Source: Microbotryum violaceum
Lineage: Eukaryota
DNA length: 64,000 bases
NCBI GenBank assembly: GCA_001244265.2
Contig: CDLV01000018.1
Location: 434,001 to 498,000 of the forward strand
Reading direction: 5' to 3'
Shown here: positions 38,909-51,314 of the stretch, piece by piece
How positions within the stretch are numbered: position 1 is the stretch's first letter
How the letters are laid out: every line of letters starts with the position of its first letter
Made by a program: the position numbers and the translations under genes
Notes under the pieces: generated by a model
The model's input: only the letters and a program-made list of their open reading frames with translations
Database searches by the model: none
Told to the model about the DNA's origin: nothing

Positions 38909-39762
38909 ATGGTCTATGAAGGCACCGATGGCGACTCTCTCGCCAAGTACGAGTCGAGCGAGGTTTCTGTTACCCAAGCCAGCAAGAGCGGTCCCAAGCG
39001 CTCCTATACTCTCTCGTCCACTGTCGCCGACGCGCACGCGAGGACTGTCGCCAAGCTCAACGCTCCCCCGGCCCCCAAGGAGGTCAACAACGCCTTGGTC
39101 TACTTGATCGGCATCACTATCTGCATGGGTGCAGTTGCCTACGGGTGAGTTCACTGTTTCGCGCTGAAAGAAGTTCTCAACCTTTCCCGGCTGCTCGGAC
39201 AATGCCCAGAGTCTGCATGGGAACACTTGCTCTTTCTCAGTGGCGGAGATTGACGCACCTTTGAGGCTAAACCCCGCCATTCGTATTAATAGGACTACTC
39301 GGCCATCGTCGCCATTCTATCTACTGCTTCTGTTACAACTCAGTCCCGCTCACGCTCGTTTCCGAGATCTTCACCATGCGCTTCAAGACGACCTCGATGA
39401 CGTTCTGCCTCATGTGGCAATGGCTCTGCACCTTTGCCGTCGTCCGCATCATGCCCGTGGCTTTGATCAACCTCGGTGGCAAGGCCTACTTCCCCTTCGC
39501 GGCCATCTTCATCACCGCCGGTCCCTTCGTCTACTTCCTCGTACCCGAGACCAAGGGCTTGCCTCTCGAAGCCATGGGCGACCTCTTCGGTGTCGCCGAG
39601 ATGACCGATGCCGAGCGCGCCGTTTTGGCGAACGAGAAGGGTGAGGTCGGCTCCGTATCGCACGTCGAGCACGCTGGTTACGCTAGCGTTGCTGCGGGTG
39701 TTGCGAGATCCAACACCGTTCAGGTCATGGCACCCATTGATGAGCTCGCGAGGCGTGTCTAA
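38909..39762 (+). pseudogene. MFS sugar porter remnant with a large internal deletion
   Basis: N-terminus with TM1 (ICMGAVAYG) is followed after one intron by the TM10-12 region (VPLTLVSEIFTMR, LVPETKGLPLE). Total span is only ~850 bp. Confidence 0.7.
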
Positions 39763-40194
39763 ACGACGAGTCGGCCGTTTTGGAATGTGTTGTCGGATTT
39801 GTTTCATAGGGATTTTCTTTGCAGTTTTTGGGCATCATAAGTTACCATTTACCTAAGTTGGTTAGGGCTGTTCAATTACTACACGAAATGTAACCTACTA
39901 TTGGATACTACCTCTACCTCGCCCTGTCGGATCATCATTCGGATTGTGAGAGCGTCTCTCATCGATTAGCACCGCGCGCAATGGCGATGAACCCGTGGGA
40001 GGAGACAGGGACCACAGATTCTTCTGGGGCAGTACCAAAGCTCGTGAGCGGCACAAATGTAGGTATCTTGCATGACAACGTTCTAAATTAAACTTAATGG
40101 TGCGGATTTATTATGTCTCTAAGATAAGGCCCAATACAGATCCCTGAAAGAGTACATGGTTCTATGTTCGATCACTTGAAATTTCTGAGTCGGA

Positions 40195-43100
40195 CTATGA
40201 AGAAGCAGGGGCATTCGTCAGAGCACCACTGCTGCTAGTACTCGTAGAGCTGGAACTGGAGGTTGACGAGCTGGTCGAGGTTTAACTTCCCGCCGTACCA
40301 GTACTGGTAGGCGTAGCACTCGACGTTGACGTCGATGTCGAGCTGCTCGTCTTTGATGTTCACATGCTGGTCGTGGCGCTCGTCGTCGAGGAGGTGCTGG
40401 TCGAAGTCGTGGACATGGGGAGTGCGGTAGAGGTGGCCGTGGGAGGGGGGAAAGGCAGAGGTAGTATGATGGTCCGATCACTCATGGTCTCGACCCCTGT
40501 GAGCCAGTTGTTGGTCGCGATAGCGTTCTTGATCCAGATGAGGGGGATAGAGTACATTGGTACCTTCATGAAGTTGACCGAGTTCGCACTCGCGACCGTC
40601 CCGAACCATCCCGGAAGCCAGTACGCATAGTATGCCCAGCCTAAAGCAGCATGGTGACATCCAAGATCAGCAACCGCAGCTTGCACCAAGAGCGCCCAGA
40701 AAATCTCCGCGCTACGTAGACTCACCGCCAGAGAGAACCGTGACAGCAGGATCTGCTGCAGTGGAATGCCCGTCGACGTAGGCGGAGAAGGTGTCTAGGG
40801 CAACGAAGAAATTTTCGCGTCAACGAAAGTACCTCCGGCGCCATAGCATAGATTCTGAACTCACTGTTGCCTTGATAGATGGTGTATTGCATCGTGTTTG
40901 CGAGAGAAGTCATCAGACTTGTCGTTATGTTGTAGTAATCGGCGTTGCGTTGCCATGCCATGAAGAACCAATACACGTCGAACCAGCCATGAATACCTCG
41001 AACTTCTTCGGTGTTGTTCCTACCGACGACGTAGTCCCAATCGTAGGAAGGAAGCATGCCGTTGAAGGTTCTCGTCGGCTCCATGTCGTTGACGAACGTT
41101 TCGAGGTTCACTTTGATGAGCTGATCGTAGGATGCCGTTACGGACGGTTCGAACAACATCGGGTGCTCGTACGCGGAGGCGAGCTTCGACATCCCATCTA
41201 GGAGCAACGCTCGTCTATTGAAAGCCATCGGCATCCCGGCCCCGTTGGTGCTACCCGCATCTCCGACTTGGCTCCATCGAGCATCGTTCGGCTGAATCAC
41301 GTTGCCCGTATTGTCGAAGAACCAGGGTAGAAAGTATGCGTCATAGGTACTATGAGCGGACAACCAGCGAGTATCAGCATCGTCAGGCACAATGTTGACT
41401 GGGCTCCGGCAAGCAACTCACCGTCGCCCCGCGGCGATGAGCTCTTTAGCACGGTCGAGATACGTGACGTTGCCGTTGAACTTTGATGGGCCTGTCCAGC
41501 CACCGACTCGAGTGGGTGTCATGTCCCAAAGGCACGGCTGTTTGAGAATGTACAGGGCCGGAAGGATCCTATGAACAACAAGCAGCCACCAGAAGACATG
41601 AGCAGTCTCCTGCAGGTCGTGCACAGATTACGTCGCGTAACAGAACTGACATGTTCGCGACGATGTAGCCGTTCTCACTGCCAGCGTATTGCATCTTGGC
41701 TTTGTTATTTGGCGTCGTGGGCTGGAATGATAGAAAAGGAATTATTTCAGCGTGAGCCGGGAGCTCGTGTGGAAATTGGCGATCGAAATCGCTGCGCACA
41801 GTCACAGGGCCAGAAAAAGTGGTACGTACACCTGTAGGCCAGACGGGGTCACGGAGACCGGTCCACATTACCGTACCGTTCACAGGGTCGTTCTGAAGGA
41901 AATGCATGCTGTGACGGACGAAGTCCAGAATATCAGCACGAGCATTTCTGCGACTCATTCGAGGAGCTTGCCAGCTTACTTTTCGGCCATCTGCAGCGCC
42001 AAGTCCAAAGCACGTCGGTCTCCTGTGACCTGGTACATCTGACCTGCCGCCCTGCAGGCTTCACCGAGGTACCCATTTGCGAGCACATTTCCGATTCCGT
42101 TGGCCAGTACCGGCGGGATCTTGGCCAGTAAGCCAAGAGCACTCTCAATCTCCAACCGTGTTACGTTGCCATCGGTACCACTCCAAATCGTATCCACGTA
42201 TCGGTCGTTGGGGTCGCAATACCGTACTTTGCAGGTCATGTCGAATCCAGCAACGGTCCCGTCGAAGCCGGATGGGACTCTGTTCGTCGAGTTGCAAGGA
42301 TACCTCGGAACCACGACGGGTGGGATGGTTACGTTCGTAGTGGGGTTCGTGATCGGCACGCAGACCGTCACGTTTGCACCGACGGGGTTGACATCAGTCC
42401 CGTTCATCGCCGTTCCATTCGTGGCCAGGGTCGCATTCGAAACAGGTGTGGTGTTGTTGACAAAGGAGATGATGGTAGTGCAGTTGAGCGTCACCTTGCC
42501 CGGGCCAGGGAGGGTCGAATTGGTGTCGGGGGACGAATTGCCGGCGCCCTGCGTGGAAGCGGGCAGACTAGAAGTTGTGGTCGAGGTGGAGGCTGAAGTC
42601 GTCGACTTTGAAAAGGAAGAAGATGATGAGGTGGTCGACTTGGATGTAGTGGTCGAACTCGAGGTCGTTGTACGCTTCGTCGTCGTCGGTGCGGTGGACG
42701 GTGGACGAATGGATGTCGTTGTTGGCCGTCGACTACTTGTCGTTGTTGGCCGTCGACTACTTGTTGTCGTTGGCCGTCGACTACTTGTCGTTGTTGGCCG
42801 TCGACTGCTCGTTGTCGTTGTTGGCCGTCGACTACTCGTTGTCGTCGGGCGCCGAGAAGTAGTCGTCGTTCGCCTGGGCGTCGTCGTCGTCGGGCGCCGA
42901 GAGGTAGTTGTCGCTCGCCGGGGAGTGGTCGTGGGATTCCGCACGCCATCCGTCCGAGCTCGAGTGTTGGTCCTGATTCTCGGGCTGCGCGTTTTTGTCG
43001 TCGCGCGAGGCGCACTCGTTTTCCGTCGATCGGCCGTCGTCCGACGAGCCGCCGTAGTAGTCTTCTTTTTAGTCGTTGTCTTACGTTCCACCGCAGCCAG

Positions 43101-43892
43101 CGGATGGCCAGGTGAAGTCGTACGGCGCGTCGTCCTCCCCCTCCGAGCGATCCTTGTGCGCAATTTCTTCTCATCGTGCTTATCTTGCTCCGCTCTCTTC
43201 TCTCTCTCGCGTATCTCTGATTCTTTCCGGTAGAGCAAGTCGAAATAAATACTCCGAAACAATGACCGTCGGCATATCCTGTCACACCATTCAACTCACC
43301 TTCCACTTCATCATCGCCTAGGTCATCTTGCGCGCCTCGAGCGAGAATATCCTCCTCATCGACTACTTCTGTAGGATCTCGAAAATTTCCAGCTTCAAAG
43401 ACTTAGTTAAAGTAAATGTACTGAAAGTCCACAACAAACAAAGCACTGACCTTCATCCGCGGCCGAGTATCGCTCGTCCGACTCGTCCGTCAGGCTCGAC
43501 TCGGACTCGTCAAGTTGAACGACGACTTGGCGCGAGTCCTCGAGTTCGTTGGCCGACGCGACCACCCAATCCGACTCATCGCACGGCATAGTCATCTCCG
43601 AGTCTTCCCAAACATTCTGACATCCATTCGTATCCCTTTTCGCCAGATGAAAATGTCTCTTCCCCAATGTAGCGAGCCATCGAAAACGACTAGTATGTCG
43701 TAGCCGATCGCTCGAAGTAGTAGCCGCGTCGCGTCGTTGATGAACTGCCTGAACGCGCAAAGTCTCCTCGCCAACGACGAGCGTCCCATTCGACTCATTC
43801 ACGCCCCTCAACCCCTGTTGAGCAGCCAAGGCGTTCCCAAACTGACTTAAAATCCACCATGACGCGATTCCCAACTTGGCAATTTTCATCAC
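40195..43892 (-). CDS. Large secreted protein: signal peptide, T/S/R-rich repeat linker, aromatic-rich globular domain, S/T tail
   Basis: MMKIAKLGIASWWILSQFGNALA signal-like start; (SSRRPTTT)n in ORF 41976..43262; exons 41569..41958, 40722..41390 and 40360..40725. Confidence 0.7.
42717..42910 (-). repeat. 24/27 bp coding tandem repeat (SSRRPTTT)
   Basis: Repeated GTTGTTGGCCGTCGACTAC units. Confidence 0.9.
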
Positions 43893-45339
43893 TGTCTAAA
43901 GTTTGGAACTAGTCGTCCACGTTGAGCGGGCGGCGGGGGATGGGCTTCCTTTAAGTTGTGGGAATGGGACGACGTTCTATGAAAGCGGAGGCCGTGGTGC
44001 GCGCGCGAATTTCACGCGGCGTTTTCTAGCGCGCAACGACGACGCGTGCCTGGGGGTGTCGATTGGCGTTCTGTAGATCTGCTCGGCGGCAGGGTCGATG
44101 GAAAGGATGCTCGTGGAACAGATCGAGCAGTGGGGCTGAAATGCGGAAGATTGAAGGAACAACAAGTCGAACCAAAATTGAAGAGAGGGAAAGAGGACGA
44201 ACAGCAATAAATAAATCCCCAAGAGCTGTTCGTAAAGCGGTCGGGGTCCAGGCAGCTTTTCTACACGGTCAGTTTTGAGGGTCTCTCGACACTGCCAGGG
44301 CGGACTCGCGGCATGCTGGGCGGTGTTGCCCTGCTGACGGAGGTGTGGCGCGCACGTCGTCCGTGCGGCACTGCGGAACCGACCTTGCAAGGGCCCTCCC
44401 GGACTCCCGGTGGGCCAATTTAGGCTGTTACCTACACTTCGAAAAGGTACCCGCTTTTGCTCTAGAGCGGGTAGTTTGCAAAAAGTAACGCGGTGTTAGT
44501 TTTTGAGGTTTTGGAGCAACGCAACTCGGTCCCCTTGCAGCATAATGCATGGTTCACCGGTCGTCGTAATTGTTTGCGCCGACAAGCCTAGTGCAATTAC
44601 GCGACCTCCGAGTCGGATCCTTCGACTGAAAGCGCACAGAGCTGTAAGCCAACATGTGAATGCCTAGGTACTCCCAAGTCCCGTTTGAAACAGAAAAAGG
44701 ACGAGGAAAGCCTGCTACCACCTCAGCGGATGAACAAAACAAACAAACAGGCAAACGGGCACACTGTCCTTCCAGCAATACCAAATCAACCGACGCCCAG
44801 CCCTTTTTTGACGTCTCGGAGTCCCACGGGCACCGACGCGCCGACACTCCGGATCCCTAACCGGTTGCCAAGAATGACACTCTGGTAGCTAGGTATGAAT
44901 GTAACGGACGTGTTTTCGGACATATTCGCGTTCCATGAGATGGAGTCAACAGGCCCCCAGACTTCAGTGGAACAAGTGCAACGCAAGGGCCTCGCAAAGG
45001 TGATTCTCTCTACCTTGCTGCAAGGACCAAAGTCACTTTGAGCCTTGAATCGCATCGACTTATTGTTAGCCTTTTCGGCTGTTTCGTCCAGTTGTGAAGG
45101 GGCTGACCTTTTAGCCGTTTACCGTACTGGTGGTAGCTTTGCGACGGAGGCCTTTGCACCATATCGTGCGTTACAGGAGGCTTGAGCGCGTGAGGCTAGC
45201 CATGACCCTTGGGCTTTCAGCATGGACCCAGTACGTTGGATCCCGAAAAGGAACAGATCAGAAGTCACAAACACAAAACCCTTCGTATATCACACACACC
45301 ACCTCTTTTTCATCTATTCAAACCCCCCCCACAATCAAC

Positions 45340-48300
45340 TCAATAATCATCCACACTCCGACTCAACAAGTCCTCGTCCGACCTCCCAACCTTGATCATT
45401 TCATGCGGCGGTACGAAACTCTCTTCATCCTCCTCATCCTCATTCTCATCCTCCGCGATTCTCACGTCCTTCGTCTTCCCCGTTCCGGGCCTATGAATCG
45501 AACCACTTCGTCCGAGGTCCATGTCCCCACTTAGAGTCGAAACGTCCGCGCTTCGACCCTGTTCGTTCCTGTTATCATTTTGAACAACAGGAAAATAATT
45601 CTGACTCGACCTCGCCAAAGAAGTTGCCAAAAGGCCACCATTCCCGCCGCCCATCGCCTCATTCGAAGTTGAAAGTGCCCTAGGTCTCGAAGGCGTCAAA
45701 TCGAACGGTACCTCCGAAGTCGTCGTGATCGTCTGTTTCTTCTTGGGTAAGAAAGGCGGAACGAACATCCCCTCCCTAACAGGCACCGAAGTCTTGCGTT
45801 GTAACTCCCTTTCCCCCTCTCGATCCCTTCTACCACCCTCGCCAATCTCTCCATTGAACAAACCACCACCACCACCACCTCGTCTAGTTTGACCCATCCC
45901 AATGGAAATAGGAAGAGATCCCACCGAAAAACGATTAGGCACATGTTCCTGTTCCCTTTCGATCTCTTCCTCGATCTCTTCCCCTCCTCTTGTCAAAGTC
46001 TTGTTCGAATTACCAAATCGTTGCCCCTTGCGGGGTAAAGGACTTCGATGACTAGGTACATCGATCGCCAATACTTCACGTAATTTTTGTTCCCCCTGTT
46101 TCATAGCTTCGGGATCGATTTGATCGTGCGAAGATTCGAGTAAAGCGGTTTGAGCATCTTCTTTGGCGGTAGTTGAAGTTGAGTGTGAAGCTTCGGGTGG
46201 GGTTTCGCTGATGGTTGCTGAGAGGTCGAGAGGTGGGATACGGAAAGAGGATGAGGAGGCGTTCGGAGGGGACGAGAGCAGCGACGTCGCTGCGGTTGGG
46301 GGTGATTTGAATGAAGCGTATTGCTGATAGTTGCGTTGTTGTTGTTGTTGCCTCGCCATCGAAGTTTGCAACAATGCGGCATACGAAGAAGACAGCGTCG
46401 AAGGACGGAATGAAGATGGTCGGTACGAGGTCGAGGCAGTGACTTGGGGTGAAGCAGGTGCGGCGATCGCGGCCGCAAGTTCGACGTCACCCGTTGATAC
46501 GGGAACAGGGGCAGTCGAGGTGGGGGGACTGCCCAGTTCAAAATCTTCGACGTCAATGTCCTCGTCCATCTCGAAGGGGGCATCGTGTTCTGGATTCGAT
46601 AGAACGGCAGCAGAAATCAGCATCACGTCATTCATAACGCTGTCATCTGTAAGATGTTGACGCACCTTCTTCATCCTCCTCATCGCCAACTGGACTCGTC
46701 TCCTCCTTGGTCGTCGTCGGCAGTTCCCTAGCCTTCGCGTCCCTACCCCGTCTCCCATTCTCCTCCTCCTCCAGCGCCAATTCCTCCGTCTCGGGTATCG
46801 CGACCAACGAATGAGCGCTCGGTACATAATTATCGATCGCAGTCCCGTCCTCGAGAGTCTTCTTCCTCGTCGTCGTCGAAGGCTGAGGTTGAGGCTGGGG
46901 CTGAGGCTGGGGCTGAGGCTGAGGCTGAGGCTGAGGCTGAGGTTGAAGCGTACTGTTGCTGGTTGTAGTAACAGAGGTTGAAGGCGTGATCGTGTCGGGC
47001 GTATCATCTCCCTCGAGAAGATCCTCATCATCCAAAGTCGCCGAAATGACTTGCCCAACCTTGTAAGGACTCCTGGACCTCGAAGCAGAACTAAGATCCC
47101 GATTCGTCGATGCGACGAGATTCGCCGACAAAGTTCCCTTGACAGCCGCCACGACTTCAGCTACCGCTTTACCACTCCTCGATTCGCTCCTTCTCCTCTG
47201 ACTCGTTTCCCTACCCTTCGATTCATCCTTGGAAGCTTTTTTCACTCGACTGGCCGACCTACCCCGTTCTTCTTGTTCCCTCTCATCCTCGGCTCGAATT
47301 CGACTACTGATCGATTCGTCCCTCTTGGCCGCTTCGGGACCACGAATCGATCGACCCCTTTCCTCACTCGAAAGACGATCCTTCGATCGTTCCCTTTCCA
47401 CCGAATCAGATCTTGCCCCATCCAGCGCGCTTTCGACACCATAAGCTTCGGGGAATCCTCGCTGTACGGTAGTGGGTAAAGTTCCCATCGTCTGCGCGTT
47501 CGAAGATCGTGAAGGAAAAAGTTTCTCGTGGGAAGAGAATCTTTCGATTCTGTTCATGAGTAAATCAAATTCCAAATTCGCCCTTTTGGTGAAAGCTTCT
47601 TGTTCCTTTCTTAATCGTACGATCTGTTCGTTCGTTCGTTTAACTTGGTCCGAGATGTGATTCGTGTAAATCGTCGAGAGTGGAATCTGAGGTTCCAGAG
47701 TGGTGAAAGTGTATAATCCGCTAGGTGGGGTCGGATTACGGTTAAGTGAAGGTGCTCGAGCGCTGGCTAGACCCAATGATAAAGGTGGTACGCTCGTATC
47801 CGATCCTTGGGAATGAGCTCTTCTTTGAGGACTCAGTAAAGGGGACAAGAGCGCGCGTTGTAGTGTCGGGGAAGGGGTGAGGCCGCGTGTGGTAGGTGCA
47901 GGTGGGTTAAGGTGGGGGGACGAAGACGGTGTCGCGTTGGGGTCGAAATGAGGGGGGAGGAACTCGGCTCCGTCGAGGAGGACGTGGAAGAGGGTAGAGT
48001 AGAGGGAAGAGGCGACGAGGTGGTCGTACTGTTGGCGCGAGACGAGGGGGAAATGCACGGTCACGATCGACAGGGGCTCTTGTTCCGAGGAGGAGGAGGA
48101 GGATGTCGACGGCGGCGGCGAGGACGCGGAGGACGGCGAGGAAGACGGCGAGGAGTGAATGGGAATGGGGATGGGAGTGGGAATGGAGAGTACGGGTCTA
48201 CCGGTGTTGATCGAGACGAGGAGCTGTTCTGTCGAGGTCGAGTGGATGGTGACGAGCGAGGGATGTTGCTGTGTAGGAGGTGATCACCGAGGAGGGCGCG

Positions 48301-48682
48301 ATCCGATCCGATTCGTAAACGGAGTAGAATAGATGTCAGCAAGGGATGTGGCAACGATTGAACCCCAAGTCCAAGTGTCTCCGTGAGGTGGGGCGGCGAG
48401 GTGAGGTGGTGGCGACCGACCCGAACGACGGGGAGCGGGGAACGGGAACGGGTGACGGTGATCGAACGCGACTTTCTGAAACGGAAAGACGAAACACAAG
48501 CCAAGAGGGGGGGGGGGGGGGGGGGAGCTGTGACTGACAATATGGATACTCTGGCGACCTTGGTCCAACTTGAAGCTCGCCGTGGAGGGCTGTTGGTCGA
48601 TGATATGGCCGTGGAGGAGCACGTTCAAGTCCGGTGAGGCGTAGGTCCAGTTCGCGGACGATGACGAGGAGACCGAGTCCAT
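45340..48682 (-). CDS. Hypothetical low-complexity protein with (PQ)n tract, FEMDED, SLPISI and FVPPHE motifs
   Basis: Long ORFs 46643..48064 and 45340..47058 are joinable through an intron at ~46610-46665; start MDSVSS at 48682. Confidence 0.65.
46881..46945. repeat. Hexanucleotide microsatellite (GGCTGA)n encoding (QP)n
   Basis: Visible tandem GGCTGA/GGCTGG units. Confidence 0.9.
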
Positions 48683-48954
48683 CCCGGTCTCGTAAAAAGG
48701 TGAGGCGAGACGGGGAAGAGCGAACGAGTGCGGGCGGACACCGGTGTCAGGCCGGGTCGGGCCGCAAGCGAGTCGAAGCGAGTCGAAGCGAGTCAGGTCA
48801 GAAGCCGGCCTCGATCATGAATGCATAATGGCGCAATTAACACGTCGTTACTAACGCGCGCCTAATCCAAATTGTGTGAGCTGCGGTGAGCTGGCTCTAG
48901 CTGGCTGGGGGCGCGTCAGGCCGTTGCCGGGGGAAGAGGAGACAAACAATAACG

Positions 48955-49023
48955 GCTGTGCGTATAGCTGTGCGTATAGCTGTGCGTATAGCTGTGCGTA
49001 TAGCTGTGCGTATAGCTGTGCGT
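48955..49023. repeat. 12 bp minisatellite GCTGTGCGTATA, 5 full copies plus a partial
   Basis: Exact tandem copies. Confidence 0.95.
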
Positions 49024-49181
49024 TGGGATTGCGTTGGCTGGCGTTCGCGGGGCTGGCACTGGCGTAGTACTTTGACCCGTTTGACCCGTTTCCCCGTTTC
49101 ACCGTTTCACTGACTCTGCTCCTCGACCCTCACACCTCTACGGCTACTACTGGCACTGGCACACGTCGATTGGCCTCGCCT

Positions 49182-49238
49182 TCAACTCGCCACCGCCTCA
49201 ACTCGCCACCGCCTCAACTCGCCACCGCCTCAACTCGC
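49182..49238. repeat. 16 bp tandem repeat TCAACTCGCCACCGCC, 3 full copies plus a partial
   Basis: Exact tandem copies upstream of CK2-beta. Confidence 0.9.
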
Positions 49239-49290
49239 ACTTTGTCACCCACCACCCACCACCCACCACCTCGAACGACGACCGCCGGCC

Positions 49291-51079
49291 ATGTCCATCT
49301 CGACCGACGCCTTGCCACCCGACTCGTCGACCGTCGACGTCGATTCCCACCTCTCTCCGACCTCCGTAGACCACCACGGGATGCAGCCTGACCTACCTCA
49401 CGACGGCGAGGAAGAGGAGGACGAGGACGATGAGCTCGAGGAAGATCAGGTCGAGGTCGAGGTCGAGGGCTATGGTACGTTCCGACGCAAAGAGTCCATC
49501 AAGCATAAACTGATCGTACCTGTTTTACCACAGAATCCTCCTCCTCACCGAGCACCAACACCTCGACGCTCACCTGGATCACTTGGTTCTGCTCCCTGCC
49601 CGGCCACGAGTACTTTTGTGAAATCGCAGAGGTGTGTGTACCACCGTCCCTCCTACGTTGGGCATCATCCCGCTTGCCCCCGATTCCTGATTCCCGATTC
49701 GAACCAGGACTTTATCGAGGACGACTTTAACCTGACCGGCCTCTCGGGCCTGGTCCCCTTTTACAAAGAGGCGATGGAGATGGTCTTGGACGTCGAAGCA
49801 GGCGAGTACACTCCTTTCCTCGATTCATGTCACACTACTGACCAAACATGATCCCAACAGAAGAGGAAGCCCACCGAGTACCGGACGTGTCGATCGTCGA
49901 ATCCTCCGCCGAGCTCCTCTACGGCCTCATCCACCAACGCTACATCCTCACCCGACAAGGCTTGCAACAAATGGCAAGTCACCCCCCCCCCCAAAAGAAG
50001 GCTACCTCTTGGCACATGACTGACCACAGCTTATTTCCCTGTCCCTGTCCCCCCAGTACGCCAAATTCGACGACTCCCATTTCGGCACCTGCCCGAGGGT
50101 TTATTGCTCCCTGTCCAAACTCGTCCCCTGCGGTCGATCCGACTTGCCCGGCGTCGATACCGTCAAACTGTACTGCCCCAGTTGCGTCGAAATGTACACC
50201 CCTCCGAGTTCAAGATATCAAGGTGTCGATGGTCAGTCACAACACAACACCCCCGTGTGGTTACATTCCGATCACGTCCAAAACTGACACATATACCACA
50301 CTTGATTACGCCCCCCAGGTGCTTTCTTCGGCACAACTTTCCCACACCTCTTATTCCAAACCTACCCCTCCCCTCTAAACTTTCCCCCTCCCGCTCCCGC
50401 ACCAGATCCGACTGATTCAGATCCCAACCCGACAAGAAGGGAATTAACGACCCCAACGACCAGTTTGGCCAAGGTTTACGTACCCAAGATTTATGGATTC
50501 AAAGTTTCGGAAAGGGCTAGAAGTGGGCCTAGGATGCAATGGTTGAGAATGAGGGTCAGTCCGGTCCGCTTTCGATACTAAGGTTTTGGTCGGATTACTT
50601 ACTTTTTGGATCTTTTCTTTTTTTTTGGGGGGGGGGGGAATTCGTCTCGTTAGCCGAAAACGGAAGGTGAACTTGATTGGTCCGACGATCAAGATGATTT
50701 GGGACTTCATGACGATCAAGATGATGGTGATGAAATTCGTCGCGCTCATGGCCGTGGTGGAGGAGGGGGAAGGGGGAAACTTTTCGGCGATGACGATGAA
50801 GACGAAGAAGGTGGACCTACTAATCAATCTGAGGATGCGTCCGATCAAGACGTCGTTGTTGAAGCAGGGGAAGGGGAAGGTGGGACCACACCTGGTGAAC
50901 CTATGCAGATGAGTGGTGTGGTCGTCGCTGAGAAACAAGCGAGTTTGTCGGAGAGTGTCAGAAGACATGTCGCGAGGGCCAAGGAGGAAATGGTGAGATT
51001 TGCTTCTGGCGGTGGGGCGGGGAGTGCGAACGGGAAGGTAATGGCTGTTAGATCGACGTCCGTCGGGGTGGGCGCTTGA
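49291..51079 (+). CDS. CKB1: Casein kinase II regulatory subunit beta, multi-exon
   Basis: WITWFCSLPGHEYFCEI, DFIEDDFNLTGL, AELLYGLIHQRYILT, FGTCPRVYC, VKLYCPSC, DGAFFGTTFPH, YVPKIYGFKV. Confidence 0.93.
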
Positions 51080-51314
51080 TAAATGGACATGCAAGCATTC
51101 CAAGGTCGTCCAAGATCGTTCTAGGCAATTGGCTTCACCCCCTCCTTTCTTTCTATTTTTAGCTCTAGAATGTCTTTGGCTCGTCCAGTGTGCGTGCGTT
51201 TTTTGTTTTTTGTACACCAATCCTTATCCTCTTTTCGTTTCTCCCGTTTTTCATGGTCCGAGAGGTGATCAGTTGAGCGGAAATTACATCAATCTACAAC
51301 ACCATTCGACATCC

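Noticed and set aside
42100..43233. 377 aa Val/Arg-rich plus-strand ORF
   Set aside because: Antisense shadow of the Thr-rich coding repeat.
48876..49067. ORF with CAYS repeats as a CAAX lipopeptide pheromone precursor, given the nearby STE6-like gene
   Set aside because: It is a translation of the 12 bp minisatellite, with a GTG start, no terminal CAAX and no pheromone-length repeat units.
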